This document shows positions 32,703 to 51,452 of a stretch of DNA of 64,000 nt, piece by piece. Source of the DNA: the human T2T-CHM13v2.0 reference genome, Homo sapiens; assembly GCF_009914755.1 (NCBI RefSeq), contig NC_060940.1; one strand, 5' to 3'. The position numbers and the translations under genes are program-made. Under the pieces are notes generated by a model. That model made no database searches. It was given only the letters and a program-made list of their open reading frames with translations, and was not told the origin of the DNA. Numbering within the stretch: position 1 is the first letter of the stretch; each line of letters starts with the position of its first letter.

Positions 32703-33028
32703 CAGTGGTCCCTGACCTTTTTGGTACCAGGGACCAGTTTTGTGGAAGACAATTTTTCCACACATGGGGGCGGTGGTTTCAGGATGAAACTGTTCCACCT
32801 CAGATCATCAGGCATTAGATTCTCATAAGTAGTGCATAACCTAGATCCCTTGTGTTTGGAGTTCACAATAGGGTTTCTGCTCCTATGAAAATCTCATGTC
32901 ACTACTGATCTGACAGGAGGTGGAGCTTAGGCAGTAGTGCTTGCTAGGCTGCTACTCACCTCCTGCTACCGGTTCCTAACAGGTCACAGACTGGTATTGA
33001 TCCATGGCCCAGGGGTAGGAGACCCTTG
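32703..33028. mobile_element. MER1B (hAT-Charlie)
   Basis: cagtggtccc...gacccttg TIRs; perfect 8-bp TSD acctacag. Confidence 0.9.
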
Positions 33029-34189
33029 ACCTACAGGACAGATAACCACAGGGGAAGTCCTAGGTCAAAGATATGTTTTTTACCATATTCTTGTTCCTCC
33101 CACCCACCACTGATATATGAGAATGTTGTTTCCCCACAGGCTTGCCAACAGAATGTATTATCTAACTTTTGGGTTTCTGTCCATCTGACAGGTGAGAAAT
33201 TACACTTTGGTATTTTTTCACTTGCACTATTTTTCTTGTTATGGGCAATATAACTGCTATTTCCGCCACCTCTCATGTCAGAGGATAAGGAATCTCTATT
33301 GGTTATAAGCCTCTAACTATGCCTTTGAATCAGTTTTTTTCTTAATGCATCTAAGAAATTTACTTCTTCAAGTATTCCCTATTCCTTCAGTATCTTTCAT
33401 ATCTCTAATATTCTCCCTACTTTTTCCTTTCCTTCTAAGGTCAAATATTTTTTTTTCTTGCTAGATATTACACTCAAACAATATGGTATAAAGAACAGAA
33501 CATGAGAAGTCTCCTTCTTATGTTGAACCTGAATACCATCCATCCCAAGAGTGAAACACCATTCTCAGTTTGTGTATTCCCTCTCTCACACTGTACATAC
33601 AGATGCACACATGTATTACATTTAATAGATACATTCAAATGACAACATACTGCTTAGGTGAGGTAATGCTAGCTGCTGTAATAACTAAACCCTAAAATCT
33701 CAGTGGTTTAACACAATGAAAGCTTAGTTTGGACTCACGTGGTAGTCCAAAGTTCAGTTGGCATATTTCCACGTGTACTTCAGGCGCCCAACTTCTGCCA
33801 TAGCCTAAGGCTTCAGTCTTCACTTTAGCAGCAAATGGAGGAAAAAGAGAGAGAGATTAAGACATAATTGCTTCTTAATCACCCTGCCCAGAAGTCCTAT
33901 CAGATCACTTTGCACATATTCCACAAGAAGTAACAGTGATTTTAAATGCAGAAGCTGGGAAGTTTAGTCCCTGAGTTGGTACTTATTCAACTTTACTCTA
34001 TGGAAGGGTAACATAAATCCCTGGAGAATAGATAGCTACCTCTTAAACATAGATTCTTCATGCTGTTTTATTCCATAGTGTGTGTATTTCCTTAATTTAT
34101 CTTAGAGATGTTTCCAATAGTTCATATTGGGCTGACCCACTGTAAAACCTTTTTTTTGTTAAAAGAAAAGGTGAAATCTGATGTCAATT

Positions 34190-34930
34190 TATCACTTCTA
34201 TTCAACACAGTATTGAAAGTCTTAGCCAAACGAATTAGGCAAGAGAAAGAAAGAAAGGACATGTAAATTGAAAAGAAGTCAAATTATCCTTCTTAGCAGA
34301 TGATGTGATCTCACATTTAGAAAAACTTAAAGATTCCACCAAAAATTATTAGAACTGATAAATTCAGTAAAGTTGCAGAGTACAAAACCAACATGTACAA
34401 ATCAGTAGCATTTCTATACACTAACAATAATCAATCAAAAAAAGAAAGCAATCCCATTTACAATGGCTATGAAAAATAAAATAAAATAATACCTAGGAAT
34501 AAATTTAACCAAAACAGTGAGACAGCTCTACAAGGAAAACTATAAAACACCCATGAAAGATACTGAAGAGGACACAAAAAATGGAAAAATATCCCATGCT
34601 CATGGATTGGAAGAATTAATATTGTTACAATTTCTATGCTGACCAAAGTGATATGCATATTCAATGCAATCTCTATCGAAATACAAAATACCAATGACAT
34701 TCTTCACAGAAATAGAAAAAATAATCCTAAAATTTGTATGGAACCACAAAATACCTTGAAGAACTAAAGCAATCCTGAGCAAAAGGACAAAGCTAGAGGC
34801 ATCACATATACTACAGAGCTATAGTATCCAAAACAGCATGGCACTGGCACAAGAGCAGACACACAGAGCAATGGTACAGAATAGAGAAACTAGAAATAAA
34901 TTCACACAGTTACAACCAACTTATTTCACA
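34190..34930 (+). mobile_element. L1M ORF2 (RT) fragment
   Basis: Decayed FADD region (ttagcagatgatgtgatc). Confidence 0.85.
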
Positions 34931-35721
34931 ATGTGTGAGGTTGCTTTTCCTCCACAGAACTAATCAAAATTTTTACCTTTGCCTATCTGATGATTTAAAA
35001 AATGGTCCATCAGTGTAGTCTTAATTCACTTGTCTCTTCTAAAAATATGACAATCTCATCAAGATTTTAGGAGTTACTAGATTTATTACCCTTTTCATCA
35101 CTTGTCTGTTTTTTATTTTATGAAATAGTTGGTATTTCTCATTGATTTCTAGAGGCTCCTAATACACTAAGGTATCTTATTTGCAATACAGAATTTTAAA
35201 TGTTTCCCACAGTTTATAGTTAGTCTTTTTGCTCTGCTTATGATATTTGACTGTGAAATTTTTATATTTTTACTTAATCAAATTAATTAATCTTTTCCAT
35301 TGTGACTTTTGAGGTTTGTGTCCAACTTAGGAGTTCTCACCTCTGGTATAAAGAAATAATTCTCCCAGGGCTTAATCTAATACTTTTTTGTTTTTATTTT
35401 TCAAGATAAAACCTTTGTTTCATCTGAAATTTTTATTGTAAGGTGTGAGGTAAGAATCCAGCATTCTGTGTGTGTACAGATGCCCAGCCCATTGTCACAC
35501 TATCTCTTATTGTTGTATAATACACCTTTTCTATGCCAACTGGAAACATCACCTTTAACATGTACTAAATTTCCATAAGTATTTGAGTCTACTTCTGTAC
35601 TTTCTATTCAACCAATTGATCCGCCTATTAATGTATTCTTACACACAATTTAAATTAACATAGCTTTGTAATATGTTTTAGTATCTTAGTGGGAGAGTCT
35701 TTCCTGATTATGTTACTTTTT

Positions 35722-39942
<4,221 letters not shown>

Positions 39943-40134
39943 TAAACAACTGAGTTCCTTGACTAATTCCAAACTTCACCCAGAAAAACAGCTATACACG
40001 TGTCCTACTATCCTCTTTAGCCTATGCTTTCTGTTCATAAGAGTTCTACTTTCTTCCTTTTCACACTAAAACTTTGATCTCTTAAAAGCTTGATTCCATC
40101 TCATTAAACAAAAAAGTAATCAAGAATTTCTTCC

Positions 40135-40428
40135 TTTTTTTTTTTTCAAGACAGAGTCTCACTCTGTCACTCAGGCTGGAGTGCAGTGGCCTGATCTTGG
40201 CTCACTGCATCCTATGCCTCCCAAGTTCAAATGATTGTCATGCCTCAACCTCCCAAGTAGCTGGGACTACAGGTGGGCGCCACCACACCTGGCTAATTTT
40301 TGTATTTTTGGTGGAGACAGGGTTTTGCCATGTTGGCCAGGCTGTTCTTGAACTCCTGGCCTCAAGTGATCCACCCACCTCAGCCTCCGAAAGTGCTGGA
40401 ATTACAGGCGTGAGCCACCACGCCCGGC
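40135..40428 (-). mobile_element. Alu
   Basis: Antisense dimer; TSD aatcaagaatttc. Confidence 0.95.
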
Positions 40429-40657
40429 CAATCAAGAATTTCATAATTGCTAAATCCAGTAGCCTTTCTTGGAACTCCTTGGCTTCTTTGAAGTTCCAGA
40501 CCCTGTTAACTCTTTGCCTCTCTCGAAATTCTCTCCTTTCTTTGCTTTTATGTCTGCTTCATTTAGATACTTCACATCCGTTTTCCCGAGCTCCTCCTCC
40601 GCAGAGAAAGTCACTCAAAAACATTGTGTCCAAATATCTGTCTTCGGTACACTATTT

Positions 40658-40659
<2 letters not shown>

Positions 40660-40717
<58 letters not shown>
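40660..40717. repeat. (TG)~28 microsatellite
   Basis: Perfect dinucleotide run. Confidence 0.98.
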
Positions 40718-40718
<1 letters not shown>

Positions 40719-40729
40719 TTCCTCTTCAG

Positions 40730-40776
40730 GTCAACTACTATGAAATATCTATCTGTAATTCTGAGTACAGCTTATG
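40730..40776 (+). pseudogene. Tentative short pseudo-exon
   Basis: tatttcctcttcag| ... ATG|gtaggt directly after (TG)n; frame ambiguous. Confidence 0.35.
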
Positions 40777-41183
40777 GTAGGTATAAATAAAAATAAATAC
40801 TAAATGAATGGGCACCAGTTCTAATTTCCCAAATTCCTGCTTATAATTTCTCCAGGGATTCCCCTTAGTCATCAACACATCAACACATAAAATGCCTGTA
40901 CAGTAGAGGAAACAGTTTCTCTGAATCCTAGACTGGTCAAACCATATCTGGAACACTGAGATTCATTCGGCACCACATTTTCAGAGGCCATGACAAATCT
41001 GAGTGAATCTAAAGAAGGGAAACAGGATGGTAAATGATACAAAACTCAGGGTATAAGAGGAAATGTTGAAGTAACTTAGGATGTTGAGTCATCAGATGAT
41101 TAAGAAAAGACATAGCAGTACTCAAGTATGTAAAGAGTACTTTCCGGTAGGGGGCAATGTTGGGTGGAAGGAGGAGGTTATGA

Positions 41184-41501
<318 letters not shown>

Positions 41502-41729
41502 AAACATTTCAATACTCACAGATATCTGTGCAAGGTAGGCACACAGTTTTATCTACCTACCTTATGTTTGTGTGACACTATCACAAATTGAGGCTGTTAA
41601 TGGCCCAACCTGATCTGTAGCAACATCCTGTGAATAAGTCTTATAGCCTCTGATCCATCCTATCCATTGTAACCATTTTGTCAGATCAAACTTCCTGACA
41701 TAAAATTTCCCTTATCAAAAGTTAATGAC

Positions 41730-41844
41730 AGCAGGGCACGGTGGCTCACGTCTGGAATCCCAGCTCTTTGGGAGGCTGAGGAAGGAGGACTGCTTGAGCC
41801 CATGAGTTCAAGACCAATGTGGGCAACACAAAGACAGTGAGACC

Positions 41845-41878
<34 letters not shown>
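41730..41878 (+). mobile_element. FLAM / Alu monomer
   Basis: Monomer with long polyA. Confidence 0.85.
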
Positions 41879-41880
<2 letters not shown>

Positions 41881-42794
41881 CTTTCACTGTTAACAAAAAA
41901 CAAAACAACAAAATCCTCTAGAATTCTTTCCTAAGTCCCTAGTTTTATTTTTACCACTATGTCCCATAAATCCTTTTCTTCTTAAGTGCCTTGTACTTTT
42001 GGTATGTATATATTGCACCTAATATTGCTAAATGATCCCTTCTTTTTGTGGAGTATCTGTTCTTCAAAGTTTAGCTCAAGTAGCATCTCCTCCCTGGGCT
42101 TTGATCATTACAGAAGGAAGAGATCCCAACCCATTCTGAACATATGTGATGCTATCTAAATCACTACCTTAAAATTCTCTTCCCTGTTTGGTAGTCATAT
42201 GTAGTATGTAATACTGCAAATATAACTTTCTACAACGATGAAACCGTTCTCTATCTGTGCGTCCAATATAACAGCCAGTAACCACAAGTGACTACTGAGC
42301 ATGTAAAATGTGACCAGTGCCTACATATTAGACAGTGTGGTCTTGGAGGGCAATACATTAGGTTTCTGATGCATAGAATATTTACTGAGAAATAATTATG
42401 TTCTAGGCCCTGTTTAAACATTTTATACCTATCATTTCACTAATGCTTTTCTATTATCATTCTGTTTCTAAGATAAATAAACTGAGTCCAAGAAAGTTTA
42501 AATAACTTGCATCAAGTCCTAATTCTTTGGGATTAACAACGATGACAATCCACAGATTATTGCAGTAAGAATATTAGAAAATATGACAAGGAGCTCAGTA
42601 AATCATTAAACAGTATTCCTAAGATAGTTATTTTATCTTCTTTTGGTGTCTCTTACAACGTCTAGCACATCACTTTGTACGTAGTAACTATAACTGAATC
42701 AAATGATAATTTTACATGGCTTATAGTCTTCTACACTTGTACATAATGTTTTCTAAAATCAGAGTATAAATTGAATGTATAAAAATGAAGTCAT

Positions 42795-43205
42795 AAAAAT
42801 AAAATGTGTTATAGCCACATGATGGAATATTATTCAGCCATAAAAAAGAATGAAATATTGATTCATGCTACAACATGGATGAAACTAAAAAAAATGCTAA
42901 GTTAAAGAAGCCAGTCACAAAAGACCATACATTATAATTCCTCTTACATGAAATATTCAGAATAGACAAATTCATATAGACAGAAAGTAGATTAGAGGTT
43001 ACCTAGGATTTGTAGGATTGGGGTAAAACAGAGAGTGATCACTAGAGGGTAAGGAGTGTTTTCCTGGGGTCATGAAAATGTTCTAAAATTGACTGTGGTG
43101 ATGGTTGCAAAACTACATAAAAACAATGTAAAAATTTAACTGTATATTTTAAATGGGTGAATTGTATGGCCTGTGAATTAAATCTCAATAATACTGTTTT
43201 TAAAA
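42795..43205 (+). mobile_element. L1MB-type 3' end
   Basis: atggaatattattcagccataaaaaagaatgaa ... gtgaattaaatctcaataa. Confidence 0.8.
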
Positions 43206-43381
43206 GGGGGGAATCAAAGTTTTATGTTTACAAAGGGTTCTACTCCTAAGAGCTAAATATAAATTATGGACTATCTAGGATACATCTTTACTTTTAGATA
43301 TAATCTCTGACAAAAATATTTCGAATACACTTAACGGTAAAGTGAAATAAAATTGTGGTTTTCAAAATTGTTTTCTCATAG

Positions 43382-43582
43382 GTGGACAAAACAAATCTTT
43401 TTTGGAAACCAACGAAACAAAAATAATCTGGAGCTGTCTTGGTTGAAGCAGCGTGCGGGATTCAGACACCTCCCACTCAGACCCCTGCCCTTCCTTCAAC
43501 ATTGGCATCTAAAGAATCTCTCCAGCGTTTGGAGGAAATCAAGTTGGAAGTTAAGCAAGAAGCAACACAAAAAACTGAGTAA
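43382..43582 (+). pseudogene. Pseudo-exon (VDKTNLFWKPTKQK*SGAVLVEAACGIQTPPTQTPALPSTLASKESLQRLEEIKLEVKQEATQKT)
   Basis: Acceptor ttgttttctcatag; CpG-retaining, GC-richer island; donor GA|gtaact after 43578 is in phase with the 47131 exon. A second frame (ORF 43353-43619) is also open. Confidence 0.6.
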
Positions 43583-43705
43583 CTACAAAGAAGTAAAAAG
43601 TAAAAACTCTGCAAGTTGAATTGTTAGCTGGCAGGCTACCATGTGATATTGGCTCAGAATTGTCTTGTGTTAGTAAAGATACAAACATTTGAATTCTATT
43701 TATGA

Positions 43706-44369
<664 letters not shown>

Positions 44370-45182
44370 ATGTTTTTTTTTTTTTTTTTTTTAAAGAGAA
44401 TTATTCTAAATTCAAGATCTACCTCTAATTTATGTGGTCTTTTTTTATTATGTACTTGGATTAGGAATTTTTGTATTTTTGTTTGTACAACAAAAAATAT
44501 GTAAACATCCCCAAATAAAAAAATAGGTGCCCTAGATCTGTGACACTGGAAGTGCTGTTTTCCTGGCTCAATATCCCTTATTTGGCTAAGAAAAAAAGGG
44601 CAGTTTCCAACTCATTTGTACTTACATAGCCACAGACTCTTCTACTTGTATGGCTTATTAACATCAAAAATTTATATTCTATTATTATATGTGATATATT
44701 ACACTATACTACATTATATTTATCCCCAAAACAAAACTGATCATTTATTTCTCTCAAACATATTTTTAATATATTTAAGGGTAAAGTAGAATAAAACTGT
44801 GGTTTTCAGAATTATTTTTTCAGAGGCAGACAAAATAAATCTTTTTTAGAAATCCAAAAAAGCAAAACTTTCCCAACTTCCCTATTTCAACTTAACTTTG
44901 AATCCCCAGGCTGATATCTCTTTAAACTCAAATTAGTAGCCTCTCTTTATAGTCGTAGCTGATAATGAAGGCATAATCTTTCCCCTTTAGACATGAATTC
45001 TGGAGCTCCTCCTCCTCCCTGCTAGCTCTTTCCACAGCTACCAACTTTTCTTGAGTCAAGTCTATTTCTCACACTTTTTCTATGTACTGCTATTAGAATA
45101 GTCCTCAAGTGCTCTATGATGTTATTTCCTTACTCAAAAACTTAGAATTGTTCTCTATAGTTCAACTTCCTCTCCATCTCTG

Positions 45183-45571
45183 TGTGATGGTTAATTTTGC
45201 GTCAACCTGATTGGGCCACAGGGTGCCCAGATACTTGGTCAAACATTATTCTGTTTTTGTGAAGGTGTTTTTTGGATGAGATTAACATTTAAATTGGTAG
45301 ACTAGACAAAGCAGATAATCTAGGATTGGCATCCAATCATTTCAAGGCCTGAATAGAACAAAAGGCTGATCTTCCTCAGAATAAGTGAAAATTATCCTGC
45401 CTGATGGGCCTCAAACTATACCATTTGCTCTTCCTGGTTCTATAGCAGCTTCCAGCCTTTGGACTTGAAAGCGGATACAAGCTCTACAGATTTTGGACTA
45501 GCCAGTGTCCATAATCCCATGATAGGTATCTCCTATTAGTTCTGTTTTTCTGAAGATCACTGACTAATATA
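45183..45571. mobile_element. MLT2-type solo LTR
   Basis: tgtgatggttaattttgcgtcaacctga ... tgactaatata. Confidence 0.85.
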
Positions 45572-45606
45572 CTGTTTATCCCAACTCTGTAGTACCATTT
45601 CATAAG

Positions 45607-45817
45607 ATTTTTTTTTTTTTTTTGACAGTGTCTTGCTCTATCACCCAGGCTGGAGTGGAATGGTGCAAACAAAGTTCACTGCACCCTCAACCTCCTGGGC
45701 TCAAGCGATCCTCCTACCTCAGCCTCCTGAGTAGCTGGAACCACAAGTATGCGCCACCATGCCTTGCTAGTTTTTTAAATGTTTGTAGAGAAAAAGTCTA
45801 ACCATGTTGCCCAGGCT
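45607..45817 (-). mobile_element. Partial AluJ
   Basis: Right arm plus part of the left arm. Confidence 0.85.
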
Positions 45818-46099
45818 CCCAGATCGTTTATTAGACCTCAAAATATTCTCTACTACAATGAAATAAATCCATTTGTCAACTTCTACCCAATTTGCATAAT
45901 TCCACTGAAATGCTTTTATTAAATAACTGATATGCATTTGTACCACCTACATTTGCCTCTCACATATATCTCTCCAGCTAGGATGTTAACTACTTTGAAA
46001 ACAGGAGCCTCTATTTTCTTTACTTCTTTCCACAGTGATAACAGAGATTAACAATGTGAAGTATAGTTTAAAGACTATTAAATATATATATATACTTAA

Positions 46100-46786
46100 A
46101 TCATAAAAAGTCAGGAAACAACAAATGCTGGAGAGGATGCAGAGAAATAGGAATGTTTTTACACTGTTGGTGGGGCTGTAAACTAGTTCAACCATTGTGG
46201 AAGACAGTGTGGTGATTCCTCAAGGATCTAGAACTAGAAATACCATTTGACCCAGCCATCCCATTACTGAGTATATACCCAAAGGATTATAAATCATGCT
46301 GCTATAAAGACACATGCACTTGTGTGTTTATTGCAGCACTATTCACAATTGCAAAGACTTGGAACCAACCCAAATGTCCAACAATGGTAGACTGGATTAA
46401 GAAAATGTGGCTCATATACACCATGGAATACTATGCAGCCATAAAAATGATGAGTTCATGTCCTTTGTAGGGACATGGATGAAGCTGGAAACCATCATTC
46501 TCAGCAAACTATCACAAGGACAAAAAACCAAACACCTCATGTTCTCACTCACAGGTGGGAATTGAACAATGAGAACACTTGGACACAGGAAGGGAAACAT
46601 CACATACCGGGGCCTGTCGTGGGTGGGGGAAGTGGGGAGGGATAGCATTAGGAGACATATCTAATGTAAATGACGAGTTAATTGGTGCAGCACACCAACA
46701 TGGCGCATGTATATATATGTAACAAACCTGCACGTTGTGCACATGTACCCTAGAACTTAAAGTGTAATAAAAAATAAAAAAATAAA
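46100..46786 (+). mobile_element. 5'-truncated L1PA 3' end (~0.7 kb)
   Basis: ORF2 C-terminus + 3'UTR + tail; TSD aaagactattaaatatatatata. Confidence 0.95.
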
Positions 46787-47130
46787 AAGACTATTAAATA
46801 TATATATACATACTTTATACCTATCTATACCTTAAATAGATATATAATGTATGTAAATTTATATATCTAATTTACCTCTTGCCTACAGTCTGGTACATGT
46901 TTTAATGTTAATTTTTATTTGGTTGGTTTTGGTTTTGCTTAAAAGAATAACATTTTGGGTTAAAATTTATTTGCCATTTTAAAGTATTCTGCTTCCACTT
47001 TCATTTTGCTGTTAGGACACAGAACAAAGTTATAGACAAACTTTAGACTATATAATTTAAAAGTACAATTGAAAGAATGTTTTAATGTTGGGATGAAGTG
47101 CATACTTTACTGTATATTTTTCAAACTCAG

Positions 47131-47286
47131 TTATATTGCTTTGCTAAAAGTAAATAATATCACCAGGATACCATCTGGTAAAAATCTCTCTGTGGATTAA
47201 CCCACAAAAGGAGGTGAATGAATTTTTATATATTGCATAGTTGTGGTTGCAAAACTGCAGTAAAAATATGTTTTCAATGCACTGGT
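47131..47286 (+). pseudogene. Pseudo-exon (YIALLKVNNITRIPSGKNLSVD*PTKGGE*IFIYCIVVVAKLQ*KYVFNAL)
   Basis: tatttttcaaactcag| ... GT|gtaagt; 156 nt, phase 2->2. Confidence 0.5.
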
Positions 47287-47397
47287 GTAAGTGAGACTTC
47301 AGAATTCAGCTACCTCTTCTGATTTGATCCAAAAGGCTTGGAATATTTAAGACCATATCTCATCAACATGGAAAAGGAGGAGTGTTTTATTTTCTAG

Positions 47398-47490
47398 CAT
47401 TCCTATGACTTGGAAGAAAAAAAATCTAGGAAATTGAAGTCCATGAACTGGAAAATATGAATTTGGTCTTTTAGAAAGCATTCATTTAAA
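47398..47490 (+). pseudogene. Pseudo-exon start (IPMTWKKK/I*EIEVHELENMNLVF)
   Basis: Acceptor gtgttttattttctag, phase 2; inferred frameshift in the A-run; 3' end not defined. Confidence 0.4.
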
Positions 47491-48585
47491 AAATAATGGG
47501 CAGTTACTTAATAATAGGACATAGCATGTCAGAGAAGTCTGAGGCCATATAAGACAGTTGGATAAGATTTGACAATGTCATTGTGTGCAGCCCATCCAAT
47601 GCAAAATGGTCAAATCAGTTTTTACCTTTTTTTTTTTTTTTTACTTCAAATAATACGCTATCCAAGTCTTGATCTAGTCCAATGACTAGAGGAATAGAAA
47701 TTCTCCCCACCTCTCTCGAGATTCCATTCCAGAGACTAATAGATTTCACTGTCAGAAAACATTTCCCAGATTCAGTCTTAAATTTCTGTTACTTAATTTC
47801 ATCCCAATACTTGACTATAAACTCTCTTATCCTACCTTTAAAAATATCTTGACTTCCATAATGTTTGTATCTTACAAATATTTGTAAAATGTTATCATAA
47901 CTATACTCAGAGATGAGCAAAAAATATACATTTTGTTATTTTAATATTTTAAGGATTAAAGTCTGAAGATCATTATACATTTATTTTCTAGTCTGAACAC
48001 TACTTGATTTGCTTATTTGGGGCATGTACATGCCCCAAACTTGTATTCTCTTTGTGATCTCAGCAGTACCATTTAAATAACTTTTATCTTTCAGCCACAT
48101 GATGTGAAGCTTTTGCATATACAGACTAAAATCTCATTGACTGATTTTACTGCCACATTGCATTACAAGACCTTATATAATTTGCTACCACTATCATCTC
48201 AAAGTCTCTTGGTAATACTGCTTTCCAAGTACTGTATATCCTGCCAGTTGAATGGCTGTGTTTCTGATCATTTTTCCCCAGATGTATTAGCTACATTTTT
48301 CCAGGTTGAATCACATTTCATTTCCTGCCCATATTTCTAACCACTTTAGGTCCCTTTTATCTGCCCTCACTGGTTTTGCCAACACCATCCAATTTAGCAT
48401 CATCTGTAAATTTAATTAACATGATGTGTATCCTCTCTTATAAATCACTAATGAAGTTTCTCTACAATGATTTGTTTATTTTAAAAACTCTAATGCTGCT
48501 TAATGTTTATAATCTTGCTTATAATGTTTATAATCTTAAGAAGGCACCACTTTTTTGCCACTAAATATTTGTTTTATTATTTTAG

Positions 48586-48672
48586 GAGTGGTTCATGATA
48601 GACTAACAACAGAATCATGTTCAGGGTCACTGCTATCCTTTTTTGAATATTAGTGCTAAATTACTTTTATGA
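48586..48672 (+). pseudogene. Possible terminal pseudo-exon (EWFMID*QQNHVQGHCYPFLNISAKLLL*)
   Basis: Branch cactaaa, acceptor tttgttttattattttag; W...G-hydrophobic-strand pattern similar to the 8290 exon. Confidence 0.45.
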
Positions 48673-49181
48673 TTGCTTCTGTACATAACAAAGCTTTAAC
48701 TGACAATTTTCTACCCTTCTGTGTTTTTTCATTCTATTAATAACATCACAGAAGAACAACATTATGATGTTATTCTCATGTGTTATTCTCACGTCCATGA
48801 GGTAAAATGGTCAAAGATCTCATATTCCAAATTCTGTTGTGCAGTGAGTTTTTTAAATTTTAGATTCCAATTTACTGTGACAACAGTTTGTTATATTAAA
48901 TGAGTAAAGATTAATTTAGAATGTTTGTATTTTAAGTATTTTGGAATTGGCAAGTTGAACCAAGATCAATATGGTTCATATGAACTGAACAAGAGCTATT
49001 TTGTTCCTCTTTTATAACTGTGATTTCTTTTGAATTTATTGGTTATTTAAAATTCTTCTGGGGTATTAAAACCTACTTTTAATTTCATTTTTATAAGGAA
49101 ATACATTAGACCTCCAAAAGTATGTTTTGAAACATAATACTAGAAACAACATATATGTATCCACCACCTAGGTTAGGAAAA

Positions 49182-49223
49182 CACCACCACCACCACCACC
49201 ACCACCACCACCACCACACCACC
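49182..49223. repeat. (CAC)n microsatellite
   Basis: Seen directly. Confidence 0.95.
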
Positions 49224-50150
49224 ACTACCAGTACCTTATCAGCTATGGGATACATTTTTCCAATTGCTTACCTCTTCTCTCCCTTAGGAGCATCTGCTGC
49301 TATTAACTTTATAAAAATAATTTACTTTGTTTTGTTTACATATCTATATATGTATCCCTATAGTTAAGATGCATTTTTTAAAAATTGAATATCTCAGACA
49401 TTTCAGTCATCAATTTCCATCTTATACTAATTTACTTTTTGTAAGTATTTGTCTTTTCCTACAGGAATATCTTGCCATATGTCTTCAATAATCTTGGAAG
49501 AAAGCATACATTCTTTTTTCTTCAATTTTTTATTTACCTAAATCCTAGTGTTAGCTTTACATACCACAAACTTTTCTTTTTCCTATTAATCCATCCTCTT
49601 AACTTACATATTTTGGGACAGTTTCTTGTACTCATTTACTAGTGTATACATATTTATTAATTGCTTATTATGGCCCAATTATGGCATATAGATCTGATTT
49701 TACATACTTAGTAGAAGTAACTTCTTTTTTCAGCCAATTCTTATATCTCATTATATTTGTTAAGAAATTAGAAAATTCTTGTGGGTGTCTATGATGTATA
49801 TATGCATGCATACATACATACATACATATATATACATACCTATGATGTATGTATATATATGTCATAGGTACTCATGGTTTTTATCCATGGTTCCTGTCTC
49901 ATAACTCTCATATATATGTATATACATATATATCTCATATACATATATGAGAGTTATGAGTACGTATATATACATACCTATGATGTATATATGTATACTT
50001 CAAGAATAGCAAGGAGTAACTTGCTTTTTCAGCTAATTCTTATATCTCATTATTTCAAATTTTATATAATAATAATTTCTAATTTTATCTAATAATAATT
50101 TCTATTATTAGAAATTATTTCTAAGAAATTAGAAAATTCTTGTGGGTACC

Positions 50151-51100
50151 TATGACGTATATATACATACATACATACGTATATATACATACCTATGACA
50201 TGTGTATATATACGTCATAGGTACCCATGGTTTTCATCCATGGTTCCTGGCTCATAACTTGCATAGCTCTTGTTAGTCTTTCATTATAATGTTGGGGCAC
50301 TTTAGGCTTCAGGAGCAGGCTTCAGGAGCAAGCCTCAGGAAAGAGAATCTCTCTCTCTGACCTCCTGAACTCCTTTACCTGCTCAAGGCAGAACTCTGAT
50401 CTGACTGTGGGTCAAAAGACCCTCATTCCAGAGAAGGTTCTGCCCCATACTCTGGAGGAAGAAATGCTGCACAGAGAGGCCAAGAAGAATCCAAACAGGC
50501 ATTGCTGGGTTTCCCCATTCAGCCTATTAATATGAGAATGTACCCTTTTTGTTCAACCACATTTCATGCCTATGATTCTCCATAAAAACCCAAGAAGTAC
50601 TATCACATTTGGGATTAAGGAAAACAAAACTAAACCAAGAAGACTGGGTTCAAAGAGCTTCCAGATAACTAAACACGTGGAGTTTCCTAGATTATGGCAT
50701 GCCCAGAGAGTGCATGGAAGTTCCGAGCACTTTCCCCCATATCCTGCCCTGCACATCGCTTCATGTGTGTTGTAATATCTGTTACAATAAACAATAAACT
50801 AAAATAAGCATTTCCCTGGGTTCTGTGAGTTGCTCAGCCAGAAGCTCCAGAGGCTTGGACTTGCCACTGGTGTGAGGAGAGGGCTCAGTTTTGGGGACTG
50901 AACTCTCAATCCATGGGGTCTGATGCTATCTCTAGGTAGATCATGCTGGAATTTAATTAGCAGACATTCAGGTGGTGTCTGCCACTTGGTGTGTGGGAAA
51001 AAATTCTCTTACCTTTGGTTGCAGAAAGCTTCTCTGTTGATGATTGCTGTGGTGGTATGAAAGCAGAGGAAAAACATGCTTAGAGAGTTTTCCCCAAACA
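50151..51100. mobile_element. MER21-family solo LTR
   Basis: Ends gcagaggaaaaac...ccaaaca; 5-bp TSD gtacc (50146-50150, 51101-51105). Confidence 0.7.
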
Positions 51101-51148
51101 GTACCTAAATATAAGACCTATATTTATTCTCTCATAAATTTAAACTTC

Positions 51149-51452
51149 TATTATTATTTATTTATTTATTTATTGAGATAGAGTCTCTCTCTGTCACCCG
51201 GCTGGATGCAGTGGCATGATCTCGGCTCACTGCAACCTCCACCTCCTGGGTTCAAGCAATTCTTCTGCCTCAGCCTCCCATGTAGCTGGGGCTACAGGCA
51301 CGCACCACCGCACCCAGCTAATTTTTGTATTTTTGGTAGAGACGGGGCTTCACCATGTTGGCCAGGATGGTCTCGATCTCTTGACCATGTGATCTGCCCC
51401 CCTTCGCCTTCCAAAGTGCTGGGATTACAGGTGTGAGCCAACATGCCCAGTC
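51149..51452 (-). mobile_element. Alu (AluS-type)
   Basis: TSD taaacttctatt. Confidence 0.95.

Noticed and set aside
40567-40646. CpG-rich exon-like segment (ILHIRFPELLLRR...)
   Set aside because: Its polypyrimidine tract and flank (40445-40600) resemble an L2 remnant and all three frames are open, so it cannot be assigned.
49155-49367. ORF with a poly-His run
   Set aside because: Translation of a (CAC)n microsatellite; no splice or coding support.
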